NCBI GenBank assembly: GCA_965235115.1
Contig: OZ249445.1
Coordinates: 1,054,001-1,118,000 of the forward strand
DNA: 64,000 nucleotides
Direction of reading: 5' to 3'
From: Laetmonice hystrix
Taxonomy: Eukaryota
Shown here one piece after another: positions 27,951 through 40,495 of this stretch. Position numbers and translations under genes: made by a program. Numbering within the stretch: the stretch's first letter is position 1; every line of letters starts with the position of its first letter. The notes beneath the pieces were generated by a model. That model was not told the origin of the DNA. It made no database searches and worked only from the letters and a program-made list of their open reading frames with translations.

Positions 27951-28554
27951 ATTCGCGGAGAACTAAAACCTGATCAGAAAGCGAGATACATGTCGTCAGG
28001 TTTCTCCGTTTGTCTTTGTGTCTCTCTGGCTGAAACTCCAGATCTGGTCGTAAACTATCGACAGACAACTCCAACCATCTGCAACCCGCTTCCAGACATC
28101 CTACGACTGTCGCTACAATTGATTGTGTTGACATTGTATCTGCATTGCTTTGGATTCTGAAAATAGAGATGGAAAATTGGGAGCGTGGTTTGTGGAGCTT
28201 CCCCGGAGAGCGGGCGGCCCTCCTTGCCGCATGCGGCCCGGCCCATCACGTGACCACGTCTCTGTGATGTAATTGGCTGCCAGCGCTCTGAGTATTGAGT
28301 CTCGCGGAGAGCGAGAGTATCGCGTGACGGGGCGGGTGTTACCTGACGTTTTGATGACAGACGGGTAAAGGTTCAGCATCGCCCTGAACTCGAACGGGCT
28401 TCTGTCTTTACCATACTCTCTCCGTCTTTACCATTCTTTGACAATGATGACGTCAAACATTACAATTAGCAGTTATGACGTCAAACATTAGCAGAAAACA
28501 TTGATTATAATGAATGTAAAATATCGCAGAAGTCCGATTACAGTCTCATGTGAG

Positions 28555-28683
28555 CAAACCTGATACGTTTGCAGGTCTCGGACAAGTAAACCTGATACGT
28601 TTGCAGGTCTCGGACAAGTAAACCTGATACGTTTGCAGGTCTCGGACAAGTAAACCTGATACGTTTGCAGGTCTCGGACAAGT
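28555..28683. repeat. 32-bp tandem array, 4 copies
   Basis: GTAAACCTGATACGTTTGCAGGTCTCGGACAA repeated. Confidence 0.93.
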
Positions 28684-29095
28684 ACCGGAGAACACCATAC
28701 TCCGCCAAGTACCCAGAAAATTTTGATCAAACCCGCTGCAATCAGTTCAAACACAGACAAATGTGTTCAGAATTTGTAAATTATTAAAATAAAATACGGT
28801 GATGGGATTTGTTGTAGCAGGTATATGCAGCAGGATGACCTGATGAGAATTTGAAACCTAAGTAACACTGATCATTCTCTATCGACTCCACAGGTCCACA
28901 CGTAGGGATGTCTGCACAGACCACGTCCACCTGACCTTTGACCTCAGTCACGTGACACATCTGACCTTCACGGACCGGACTTTGAACAGAACCGATAGGT
29001 AAGTCATTTGTTAACGTGGTCGTTACGTGGTGCTATTCTACCGATACACAACATACATACCTGCGTTCCTGCCTGTTGCCATGGTAGCGAGCCGT

Positions 29096-29412
29096 GTTGG
29101 TCAGTCCAACCATAGAGAACTCTATGGTCCAACGAGACTAGGTTCTGTCTAGTCTCGTTGGTCAGTCCAACCATAGAGAACTCTATGGTCTAACGAGACT
29201 AGGTTCTGTCTCGTCTCGTTGGTCAGTCCAACCATAGAGAACTCTATGGTCCAACGAGACTAGGTTCTGTCTAGTCTCGTTGGTCAGTCCAAGCATAGAG
29301 AACTCTATGGTCCAACGAGACTAGGTTCTGTCTAGTCTCGTTGGTCAGTCCAAGCATAGAGAACTCTATGGTCCAACGAGACTAGGTTCTGTCTAGTCTC
29401 GTTGGTCAGTCT
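29096..29412. repeat. 61-bp tandem array of double-hairpin units, ~5 copies
   Basis: Each unit holds two inverted repeats (see findings). Confidence 0.95.
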
Positions 29413-30539
29413 AACCGCCAGGCAGCCTCCTGGCGGAAACGGGGACCCACGCCCCCGGGGGGGGGCAGACCAAACACCCCCTCCGTGTACCCCCCCGGGG
29501 GCAGACCAAACACCCCCTCCGTGTACCCCCCCCCCCCCGCCCCCGCCTCTGGCGTCTTATTTCAGGTTCACTCCATTATGAACGCGTTCGCTGTGGCTCA
29601 CGTCAGTCAGTCCGAAATCTGCGTAATTTGTGACACTAATTAGGAGGTTGAATAATCTCCCTTTTCATTAAGTCCCATTAAGAATACGTTGGGATTGTAA
29701 CTAACAGGATGTTACGCAATCTGACATCTTGATGGTTTAATATTTTATTTGGTGAAGCGATATGGAAGTCTGCTGTTCTCGTTAAGGTCGTTCTACGGCA
29801 GATAACTCGCTATGCTCTTGTCGCCTTTTATAAATTTGTCCTGACTTCGTAGAAAGGTTTTCTGGACTAGCACAGACATCAGACTTAAGGCAGTTAACTT
29901 TCAGAACAATCGGACAGAGAGAATTGAACACGTTTATGACCCATCCTGCGCCCCGTCCTCCTGGAAGAGTGAAGTGGGTCGTGTGTCATGGAATGCTGTT
30001 TACTGCAAGTTTACTTGGCACGTTTATTTTATAGTGAATTACAACAAAATATATTTTTCATACGCCCAGTCGGCTATAGTATCGATGTGTGAGTCAGCGC
30101 CGGTTTGGGAATCGGGGAAGACGCTCCCTAAAACGAGCATGTTATAAACTGCCATGAGTCGGTGTGGGCGTCCGCGGTGGTGTGAACGTGCACTTCCTGC
30201 AGCGTCTGACCCCGACCGACCCCGACCGACCCCCACCGACTCATCACGATTGGCTGACGGTGTGCCGGTACACGGGTAGGGAGGTGGCGGCCCGGAGGCT
30301 CCAATCGCTCGGGGCTCCATCGGCTCCGCTCGGCCGGGAAAACGGGTGGGCATCAACGGCGCTGAAAGGTTCAACTCGGAGGTGGCAGTCGGCTAATAAT
30401 GTCGCATGATTTCATTTAGCCTGCCTAGAACTGGCTGCTGGCCATAGTAAGGGTGTTGTGGAGGGGTGTGGGGGTGAGGGTATGTTAGCGTGTCTGGCTG
30501 AGGAACTATTCTCTGATCGACACGTGACCTTAGCCCGCA

Positions 30540-31250
30540 ACAACAAATCTGCATAGTTTCTTGTATGAACTGAGAAACTCACAACAAATCTACCCTGGTC
30601 CTTGTATGAACTGAGAACTCACAACAAATCTACCCTGGTCCTTGTATGAACTGAGAAACTCACAACAAATCTACCCTGGTCCTTGTATGAACTGAGAAAC
30701 TCACAACAAATCTACCCTGGTCCTTGTATGAACTGAGAAACTCACAACAAATCTACCCTGGTCCTTGTATGAACTGAGAAAATCTCCACAAATCTACCCT
30801 GGTCCTTGTATGAACTGAGAAACTTACAACAAATCTACCCTGGTCCTTGTATGAACTGAGAAACTCACAACAAATCTACCCTGGTCCTTGTATGAACTGA
30901 GAAACTCACAACAAATCTACCCTGGTCCTTGTATGAACTGAGAAACTCACAACAAATCTACCCTGGTCCTTGTATAAACTGAGAAACTCACAACAAATCT
31001 ACCCTGGTCCTTGTATGAACTGAGAAACTCACAACAAATCTACCCTGGTCCTTGTATGAACTGAGAAACTTACAACAAATCTACCCTGGTCCTTGTATGA
31101 ACTGAGAAACTTACAACAAATCTACCCTGGTCCTTGTATGAACTGAGAAACTCACAACAAATCTACCCTGGTCCTTGTATGAACTGAGAAACTCACAACA
31201 AATCTACCCTGGTCCTTGTATGAACTGAAAAATCTACCCTGGTCCTTATA
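30540..31250. repeat. 41-bp tandem array, ~17 copies
   Basis: TCACAACAAATCTACCCTGGTCCTTGTATGAACTGAGAAAC repeated. Confidence 0.96.
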
Positions 31251-31534
31251 ACTTAGAAAGTCGCCGCCAATCCACCGTATTCCTTGTACGTCCCGTGTAA
31301 GTCGATGTTTACGATCAAGCTCGCCATTGTGAGTTTATCATATTCATTGTCATTACTGCCACCATTAAACCATAGATAATCAGACCCGTTCGTATTGTAA
31401 CTAAATGAGCCCGGTGGTGGTACAATGTTCTTGCCTCAATTGTATACTTAATTGTGTGCAGTGTCGCATTTAAATTTATTTTGAGGCCAATATATGAACA
31501 TGCCCGCATACTGGCAGACTGACGAACGTCGCTA

Positions 31535-32165
31535 ATTGATGATATAGGTGATGATTGCCCTCACCATCACTGATCCCATCACTGTATTCACACTCATTCT
31601 GGTATAAGTAAAGTGTGACCTGATATAGGTGATGATTGCCCTCACCATCACTGATCCCATCACTGTATTCACACTCATTCTGGTATAAGTAAAGTGTGAC
31701 CTGATATAGGTGATGATTGCCCTCGCCATCACTGATCCCATCACTGTATTCACACTCATTCTGGTATAAGTAAAGTGTGACCTGATATAGGTGATGATTG
31801 CCCTCACCATCACTGATCCCATCACTGTATTCACACTCATTCTGGTATAAGTAAAGTGTGACCTGATATAGGTGATGATTGCCCTCACCATCACTGATCC
31901 CATCACTGTATTCACACTCATTCTGGTATAAGTAAAGTGTGACCTGATATAGGTGATGATTGCCCTCGCCATCACTGATCCCATCACTGTATTCACACTC
32001 ATTCTGGTATAAGTGTGACCTGATATAGGTGATGATTGCCCTCACCATCACTGATCCCATCACTGTATTCACACTCATTCTGGTATAAGTGTGACCTGAT
32101 ATAGGTGATGATTGCCCTCACCATCACTGATCCCATCACTGTATTCACACTCATTCTGGTATAAT
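31535..32165. repeat. 81/76-bp tandem array, ~8 copies
   Basis: Read directly; source of several overlapping spurious ORFs. Confidence 0.95.
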
Positions 32166-32171
32166 TTCCCT

Positions 32172-32325
32172 CCTGAACTGTGGGCACGTGTACCTGAACT
32201 GTGGGCACGTGTACCTAGACTCTGGGGACCTGTATTTAGACTGTGGGCACGTGTACTTGAACTGTGGAGATCTGTACCTAGACTGTGGGCACGTGTACCT
32301 AGACTGTGGGCACGTGTACCTGACC
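32172..32325. repeat. 21-bp tandem array (CTGTGGGCACGTGTACCTAGA), ~7 copies
   Basis: Read directly. Confidence 0.9.
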
Positions 32326-33572
32326 TTAGGGTTTTCATAAATCCAGGTAAGATGCGGACACAATGGGCAGTGAGCGGCTGGGCCTGTATCATGGAGCTCC
32401 TACAGTGCCGTCAGAATGTGGCTTCATGATTAGAAACACCAGTCGGACCAGGAGGAGACACACATGGCATGATGGGGTGATGAGGAGCGATTATGGGATG
32501 GAGGGGTGTGATGGAAGCAGGGGTGAGGTGAGGATGGGGTAGGGTGGGTGGCTCACCTACAGACACACGCCTCGGGCAGCGTTTAACTCTCTTTACGGCC
32601 GATAGAGGTCTCTGACAGATATATCCTCCGGCCTGCAGTCACAAATCATTAGAATCGTTTCCAAAGTCCAGCGAAAGGTCAGTGAAACTTATAAGCCAGC
32701 CAATGTGCTGTTGTAGGCACGTTGTCCATATAATGTCGGCGTTTTTCTAAACTTGTCCTGGGAGCAGAAAGTCATCAGGGAGTAGGGTAAAATTATTATA
32801 GGTATACACTGTCCGCAGCGGGTACCCCCAGGGGAGTCAGAGATAATGTCAACATAGCCAGGGCATGCAATCATAATGATAGACGGAACCTCGTATCTGA
32901 GTTCTGCTCAGTTCTACGTCCTCGTTAAAAGTGTTTGGAATCCATCTGTCTTTGTACCTATCTCATCTCTAAACCAGTCATGTAAGAAAATAGCTCTTGT
33001 TAGGAAAATAACTATTATCAGTGATAGATCTTATGACCAAACGTCTCTCTTAATTCGCAGAAAGGATGATGACGAGTGAAGTCAATCAAAACTAAAGTGT
33101 CTATCACTGTTGGCATAATGGACTTTCACAGTTATTCTGTTAAAATCTTCCTGTCTCCTGCCTGGAGGAATCCAGTCTCATTCCTCCAGAGGCTAGACTC
33201 TGGAGGCTGGAGCTGCTCCTTTTGAACAGCGAGGCTCGCTGGGCGCAAGCACTAATTATCCTGGGGTAGTTTTTGCTAGTGTACATTTGGTGCCGTGGTA
33301 CCAGAGAAGTATATACCAGCATGGTTAGAAAACTAATCAACACGTTGAAAACTGCGAGGTAATCAGTTGTCATAGCAACTGACATGTGACCTTACAAACG
33401 TAATGTTAGGTTCGTCTTCCAATCCCGTATAATGGGGCCATCTGTGTGTATAATATGCTATAATAGCAGTGCTCTTATTGGCCATTTATATTATGCGGGA
33501 TGTATAATGTGGCACAACAATACCACGATCAAAATGGGGGCAAACAGCACGGGTGGCATATAGGAGGCCGAA

Positions 33573-33830
33573 NNNNNNNNNNNNNNNNNNNNNNNNNNNN
33601 NNNNNNNNNNNNNNNNNNNNNNNNNNNNNNNNNNNNNNNNNNNNNNNNNNNNNNNNNNNNNNNNNNNNNNNNNNNNNNNNNNNNNNNNNNNNNNNNNNNN
33701 NNNNNNNNNNNNNNNNNNNNNNNNNNNNNNNNNNNNNNNNNNNNNNNNNNNNNNNNNNNNNNNNNNNNNNNNNNNNNNNNNNNNNNNNNNNNNNNNNNNN
33801 NNNNNNNNNNNNNNNNNNNNNNNNNNNNNN
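33573..33830. other. Assembly gap (258 N), followed by a GA-rich tract
   Basis: Run of N seen directly. Confidence 0.99.
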
Positions 33831-34947
33831 AGAGAGAGAGAGCTAGAGGGAGAGAGAGAGAGGTGGGAGGAGATGGAGCTATATGTGAGTTGGTGTAGCT
33901 GAATGTAGGAGTTGTTGGGGTACGTGTAGAGGGTGCTGGTATTGTGACGTATAGCAGCGGACGGGGTAGATAGTCCGAACCCCCACCCTCCCAACTGACC
34001 ACGGCCCCCTAACCCCGGTCGGGTGGGTGATGGGAAGTTTGTGGGCCGTGTTGTTGACAAACCAAACCACAGCTCTCAGTCGTTTACTCAGCAATGTCGT
34101 ATGTTTATCGTTCACCCCTGTCGTCTGCTGTGTGGTGACGTTTTACGTTACGTTGTGGGTCAACGCAATGCTGACCAGCGTCGGCGCGCCACAAACATAA
34201 CGCCTACCATCACGGATGCGGCCATCCGGTAACTTTGAAGTTTCAGATAGCGGCTTTCTGAGCCGAACCGATTCTAGGAGAACGCAGTGGGTTCGGTTCC
34301 ACCCCCCCCACCCCCACCCCCACAGCGTCGGTTATTCCCCCATGGTAACTTCCCCACACATTTTTGGGCAGGGGTTCGGGTCAAGGTCAGAGATGGGAAT
34401 AGGGATAGGATAGGGATATGTTTTTGGGAGGTGTAGGGACTGGGGTTAGGGGTTAGGGATAAGGTCAGGGCCATGGATCTTTACTTTCCAACAAATTTCG
34501 TGGGGGTTAAGTTATCACGGGCGATGTACCGCACCCCCCCCCCCTCCCCCGCGCGGTTTCCACATGTGTTCACCATCAGCTTCGATAAACCTTTCATGGA
34601 CCCCTCCCCCATGCAATGTTCCTGAAAGTCGGGCGGGGGTTGAGTATGGGGGTTCCAGGGGCACCCGATAGCGACGTCCGACCCGACCACAAGAGGTGTT
34701 GGTCACCGTCAGATGGCGGTGTGACCCCGGCGTTCGGACAGTGGTTCCTGTGTCAGTGACCGCATATAGAAACCAGGCCACAAACTGGTCATCGTGAGAG
34801 AATGTCCGGGGGGAGCACCCCTTCCACTAGATAAGGTGAAGTTCAAGAGAAAACTCTCCCAAGTGTATATATCCTGGACTGGCTAGGCGCCCTACCCGCC
34901 CGTCAACAAAGTCAGCCGAGAGAACAGGTTATTTGACCTTCCCCTCC

Positions 34948-35050
34948 GGATCATGGTAACGGCCTTGGCAACGGATCATGGTAACGGCCTTGGCAACGGA
35001 TCATGGTAACGGCCTTGGCAACGGATCATGGTAACGGCTTTGGCAACGGT
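34948..35050. repeat. 25-bp tandem array (GGATCATGGTAACGGCCTTGGCAAC), 4 copies
   Basis: Read directly. Confidence 0.93.
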
Positions 35051-35814
35051 TCCAGAGTTTGTCAGAAATCGGCATCCAAACACAACCCAGTTCTCAGCAA
35101 CTATTACTCACACAACGACAGGCCTATATGGAATTCCACGACTTTATGTATAAATTCTACATGCTGTAGTAGCCCTGTCATTAACTTTGACAGCTGTGAC
35201 AGGTATAAGCCTACCTTATCCTTGAAAACTTCTCAACCAGCTGAATGCAATACATTTAAAAGGCATAAGACCATTTTGGCATCATATACGACCCCTACTA
35301 CTGTAAACGAATTAACTTTGACAGGACGCTTGTCTACGTTTCTACTGCGCAGCGAAATATAGATCTCCGACTATCGATGATAAATCTTGGAAAACGTTTG
35401 AGGATAAGGTTGTATTGAAACCCCCACCAACCATTGTATATATACTGCCACGAGGTATACAGGTAAACTATTCACCTAGAGTTAGCACGGTGAACATGCC
35501 AAATAAAAATAACATGCCAAATAAAAATAACATGCCAAATAAAAACAGGTTGATTGTCAGGTTGTACATGATTCTCCGCAGGGCATTGCGACATCCACGA
35601 ACCAGGAAAGTTGTGTTCAGTTCAGTGAGCGCTCTAGATTTATCAGAAAGACTGGATGGGGGGTGGTGGGGTGGGGGGTGGGGTGAAAAATTACCGCGAT
35701 CACGTTTACAATGTACAGACGACATATGAATTTATTAGGGTAGAATAATGAGATCTGTCGCCATCACTGAGAGTTGACCTCACGCGGCGTAAACTCGTGC
35801 TAAACCCCTGCCAC

Positions 35815-36325
35815 ACGGTCCAGCCAAGCTCAGCCCGGTCCGGCCAGGCTCAGACCGGTCCGGCCAGGCTCAGCCCGGTCCAGCCAGGCTCAGTCCGGTC
35901 CAGCCAGGCTCAGCCCAGTCCGGTTAGGCTCAGCCCGGTCCAGTTAGGCTCAGCCCGGTCCAGCCAGGCTCAGCCCGGTCCAGTTAGGCTCAGCCCGGTC
36001 CAGCCAGGCTCAGCACGGTCCAGCCAGGCTCAGCCCGGTCCAGCCAAGCTCAGCCCGGTCCGGCCAGGCTCAGCCCGGTCCAGCCAAGCTCAGCCTGGTC
36101 CAGCCAGGCTCAGCCCTGTCTAGCCAGGCTCAGACTGGTCCAGCCAGGCTCAGCCCGGTCCGGCCAGGCTCAGCCCGGTCCAGCCAGGCTCAGCCCGGTC
36201 CAGCCAGGCTCAGCCCGGTCCAGCCAGGCTCAGCCCGGTCCAGCCAGGCTCAGCCCGGTCCAGCCAGGCTCAGCCAGGTCCATCCAGGCTCAGACTGGTC
36301 CAGCCAAGCTCAGCCTGGTCCAGCA
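35815..36325. repeat. 20-bp tandem array (CCAGCCAGGCTCAGCCCGGT), ~25 copies, in tetraspanin intron 1
   Basis: Read directly. Confidence 0.95.
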
Positions 36326-36504
36326 CCCGGCCCGGTCCGTTCGACCCGAGCTTGGTGCACCTATCAGATGACCGCGTACTCTCTCCAACCTGCCGTGGGG
36401 TTGTTTATCATGGCAAGAAACGGTTGGCCATCCCAGAACAGAAGAATACTGACGAGTGCCTGATTCGTGCACGGGCAGGTACATAGAAACATTACTGGAC
36501 TTAC

Positions 36505-36570
36505 CCAGAAGAGAAAGTTGAAAGCGAACATCAAATACTTGATGCAGCTATAACATCCGCCGAGCCCCAT
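36505..36570 (-). CDS. Tetraspanin, first coding exon (MGLGGCYSCIKYLMFAFNFLFW); exon probably starts at 36602
   Basis: Typical tetraspanin N-terminus (C.KYL.F.FN.LFW) followed by a phase-0 GTAAGT donor right after the Trp, the usual intron-1 position in this family. Upstream acceptor ttttgtttttaccAG. Remaining exons not found. Confidence 0.85.
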
Positions 36571-36639
36571 GTTGAAGTTTGGAGTTTGAAATTATCCAAC
36601 GTCTGGTAAAAACAAAATCCACTGGGAGGAGAGATTCCT

Positions 36640-36912
36640 ATAGGTGAGAATCCAACACTTGGATGACAACTTGGAGAGATTGCTAGGTGAGAATCCAACA
36701 CTTGGATGACAACTTGGAGAGATTGCTAGGTGAGAATCCAACACTTGGATGACAACTTGGAGAGATTCCTAGGTGACAACTTGGAGAGGTTCCTATAGGT
36801 GAGAATCCAACACTTGGATGACAACTTGGAGAGGTTCCTATAGGTGAGAATCCAACACTTGGATGACAACTTGGAGAGTTTCCTAGGTGAGAATCCAACA
36901 CTTGGATGACAA
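36640..36912. repeat. ~41-45-bp tandem array just upstream of the tetraspanin exon acceptor
   Basis: GGTGAGAATCCAACACTTGGATGACAACTTGGAGAG core. Confidence 0.92.
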
Positions 36913-38149
36913 GGATGACGTAGCGAGAAGAGAAGTTAAATCAATCATATATCCAGGAGGTCAGAATGCCAGCGACTGGAGGTAACAAAAGTTAACCGCC
37001 TAACTTTGTTGGCGTGCGCGCGTGGACTGGTGGCGTGCGGGCTGTGGGCGGAGGCTGAGACCGAGGCTGACTGCTGGCAGTCAGGGAGGAGGGGGAGAGG
37101 CGTGGGAATCCGGCGGGCGGGGTACGGGTGGCAAGCAGCGCCGTCTGGCGGGGAGTGAGGGGATAGATGGATGGGACCGACTCCTCCGGCCCCCCGCGGT
37201 GCTGAACCTGGCGGGCCGCCACCCTGGAAGACGTACTGGAGGAGGTCAGTGAGGGCTGGAGGAAGGGGTCCGGTAACCTCCAGGTATTCAAGGTGCTGGG
37301 GGAGGGGTGGGGGAGGGACAGTCGGGACAGACGTTCTGTGACGTGTGAACGTCGCTCCGTGTAACCCAGGTAACCGTGACTCCGGGATGAGGAGGTAAAC
37401 TTCACGCCATCATGCACACACAGGCCCGTCTGGGTCTGTGGGGGGGCGGAGACTGGACACGCTCTCCGGCTCGGTCTGCTCGGGGGGCCGGGCGGTGGTG
37501 GCCGGGCGGTGGTGGCCGGGCGGTGGTGGCCGGGCGGTGGTGGCCGGGCGCTGGCCGGGCCGGGGATGCCACCAGGTACGCTGTATCTAGGTGGGTAGAC
37601 GCCAAGCAGACGCTGCCTGGCGGTGACAGGTAGCGTCTGGGATACAAGCGCCAGATGGCCGTTCGTCTCGGCGCCGCGTTTCTCCAGTCACAAGTCTGAA
37701 CAGGAGGAGGAGCGCCAGGCCAGGGACGCTGGACGGACGCGGTGTGCCACCTGGTGTCGGCACGGAGAAACAGCCGGTGAGCGTCGCCCCGGGGGGCGCC
37801 ACGAGCCGCCGACACTGACGTTAATAACTGACGCCTAATTGCGACGCTATCGCAGTTCACTTGCTTATTTTATCAAATGATGTATCCGTAACAAACAGCA
37901 TGTTTTTGAAGGTCAGTGACAAAATGCGATATTTTTGAAGGTCAGTGACAAAATGCGATATTTTTGAAGGCCATGAACAGAATTCAGTGGGGGAGTTCTT
38001 GTCATGATCGGGCGGGGGCTCCGTGTGAAAGGTGGCTCGGGGGGGGGGGGGGGGGGTTATAATGTTTTATTCTGACTGAGTCGTAGCTATCCCTCCATGT
38101 CTCACCGAATCTCCTTATCCTATCACCCATAACTTGAAACAAAACAAAT

Positions 38150-39222
38150 TGTTAAGTTGTGGCAATAGGCTGGGGTCATGTTGGCAACTGTTTGATTTGT
38201 TAGGTTGTGGCAATTGACTGGGGTCAAAATCTGTTGGCAACTGTTTGATTTGTTAGGTTGTGGCAATAGGCTGGGGTCATGTTGGCAACTGTTTGATTTG
38301 TTAGGTTGTGGCAATAGTCTGGGGTCATGTTGGCAACTGTTTGATTTGTTAGGTTGTGGCAATAGGCTGGGGTCATGTTGGCAACTGTTTGATTTGTTAG
38401 GTTGTGGCAATAGGCTGGGGTCATGATATGTTGGCAACTGTTTGATTTGTTAGGTTGTGGCAATAGGCTGGGGTCATGTTGGCAACTGTTTGATTTGTTA
38501 GGTTGTGGCAATAGGCTGGGGTCATGTTGGCAACTGTTTGATTTGTTAGGTTGTGGCAATAGGCTGGGGTCATGTTGGCAACTGTTTGATTTGTTAGGTT
38601 GTGGCAATAGGCTGGGGTCATGTTGGCAACTGTTTGATTTGTTAGGTTGTGGCAATAGGCTGGGGTCATGTTGGAAACTGTTTGATTTGTTAGGTTGTGG
38701 CAATAAGCTGGGGTCATGTTGGCAACTGTTTGATTTGTTAGGTTGTGGCAATAGGCTGGGGTCATGTTGGCAACTGTTTGATTTGTTAGGTTGTAGCAAT
38801 AAGCTGGGGTCATGATCTGTTGGCAACTGTTTGATTTGTTAGGTTGTGGCAATAGGCTGGGGTCATGTTGGCAACTGTTTGATTTGTTAGGTTGTGGCAA
38901 TAGGCTGGGGTCATGTTGGCAACTGTTTGATTTGTTAAGTTGTGGTAATAGGCTGGGGTCATGTTGGCAACTGTTTGATTTGTTAAGTTGTGGTAATAGG
39001 CTGGGGTCATGTTGGCAACTGTTTGATTTGTTAAGTTGTGGCAATAGGCTGGGGTCATGTTGGCAACTGTTTGATTTGTTAGGTTGTGGCAATAGGCTGG
39101 GGTCATGTTTGGCAACTGTTTGATTTGTTAGGTTGTGGCAATAGGCTGGGGTCATGTTGGCAACTGTTTGATTTGTTAGGTTGTGGCAATAGGCTGGGGT
39201 CATGTTTGGCAACTGTTTGATT
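38150..39222. repeat. 48-bp tandem array, ~22 copies
   Basis: GTTGGCAACTGTTTGATTTGTTAGGTTGTGGCAATAGGCTGGGGTCAT repeated. Confidence 0.96.
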
Positions 39223-39510
39223 TAAACGGATGACTTATGCCACGTGTTACAGGACGGTCGGTGAGGAGGGGCGGAGACTGGAGTGCTCGGTCTGCTCGGG
39301 CCGTTCTGGCGCGCGTATCCCAGACGCTACCTGTCATTCCATGTACAGAGGAAGCGTATCGGTTAAAGCGACACCTAGCGGATACATAGATTGTTAAGTA
39401 CTTAATGATGCCGTCAGGTGTCGCTGGTGTACCGCGAGGTGTCTCACATCCAGGCGCATGCACCCACATGTGCATGTATAAGAAAACTGGTCAAGCAGAA
39501 GTCAGTCAGT

Positions 39511-39626
39511 CTGTTAACGCTGACCAACGGAACGGAAGCGGAAGTGTTTGAAGTTTAATCACTTCCGTTTCGCGGCTTTTAGGCCAGCACCTGGCCTAAC
39601 ATATGTTAGGCACAGGGGACCAGGCT
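39511..39626 (-). mobile_element. Dispersed repeat copy B (inverted homolog of 25759-25889)
   Basis: Reverse-complement alignment by eye. Confidence 0.75.
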
Positions 39627-39982
39627 AGTCGCCTGCCTCGAGAGGAGTGAGGCAGGGGACCAGCCAGGCTCCGTACCTGGCAGGTGGCTCCCCCTGATGG
39701 ACTTTGGCAGAAGTATTCTGGCATTACATGTATTGATATCGGGGAGACGAACCTTGGTAAGCGGAGAGTCAACCTGGGGTCGGGTGAGACCTGTTTCTCA
39801 CACCAGTCGGCGCCACCGGCAAGGCCGAGCTCAGGACTTCAGTGCTAATGATGTAGCTAATAAATGTATTTGGCAGAAAACGAAAAAGGCATGTAGGGGC
39901 CTATCGAACATTTATAAAAAGTTGGATGGGAAGATAATGATGGGATAAGACTGAGACAGGAAATCTATGAAGGAATTCGCCA

Positions 39983-39988
39983 TTTATT
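39983..39988 (-). promoter_or_regulatory. Candidate polyadenylation signal AATAAA of the ETS gene
   Basis: TTTATT on the plus strand, about 500 nt 3' of the stop codon. This rests on the motif alone. Confidence 0.3.
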
Positions 39989-40129
39989 GCACCGGTTATT
40001 TGGGGTTGTCCAATGACGGGGTGGCCCAGTTGGTCGCGACACACAGACACAGATTGTAGAAACCTTGCAGTCAATGCAAGGATGGCGTCCAAATCTGGAC
40101 CTCGCCAGCACGCACCACGTGGTCATCAG

Positions 40130-40267
40130 CGGTCACGTGTTGCCTGTCACGTGTTCACCACCGGTCACGTGTTGCCTGTCACGTGTTCACCACCGGTCAC
40201 GTGTTGCCTGTCACGTGTTCACCACCGGTCACGTGTTGCCTGTCACGTGTTCACCACCGGTCACGTG
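40130..40267. repeat. 32-bp tandem array with two CACGTG per unit, in the putative ETS 3'UTR
   Basis: GTCACGTGTTGCCTGTCACGTGTTCACCACCG repeated ~4 times. Confidence 0.93.
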
Positions 40268-40495
40268 CACGGCCTGCTGACCCCTCGGACTAGGATAAAT
40301 ATCGTGGACCTGTTAGGTCATCGTCCAGTGGACCACATCATCAACCGCATGGACCTGTTAGCTCATCGACCGCATGTCTGGAATATTGCCAAGCACCGCA
40401 TACATATAAAGATAACACCCGTTCGTGTTAATAATATCTCTGAATAATGATTGTGGAATATGTCTGCCGATCGCAGTCTGTTTGTGATAAGGTCC

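Noticed and set aside
30530-30570. Minus-strand FIQETMQICCCG resembling a tetraspanin CCG loop
   Set aside because: The spacing is wrong (two extra residues), the stretch is only ~14 codons at an array end, and it has no flanking loop sequence.
34380-34470. GGGTTAGGG telomere-like motifs (also CCCTAAC at 9130-9165)
   Set aside because: Only 2-3 degenerate units; more likely part of a small interspersed element than an interstitial telomere.
38123-39212. Long ORFs over tandem arrays (also 2837-3518, 6549-7283, 31476-32429, 54084-55417, 56098-56848)
   Set aside because: They are open only because the repeat unit lacks stops. They overlap on both strands and have no domain or splice support.
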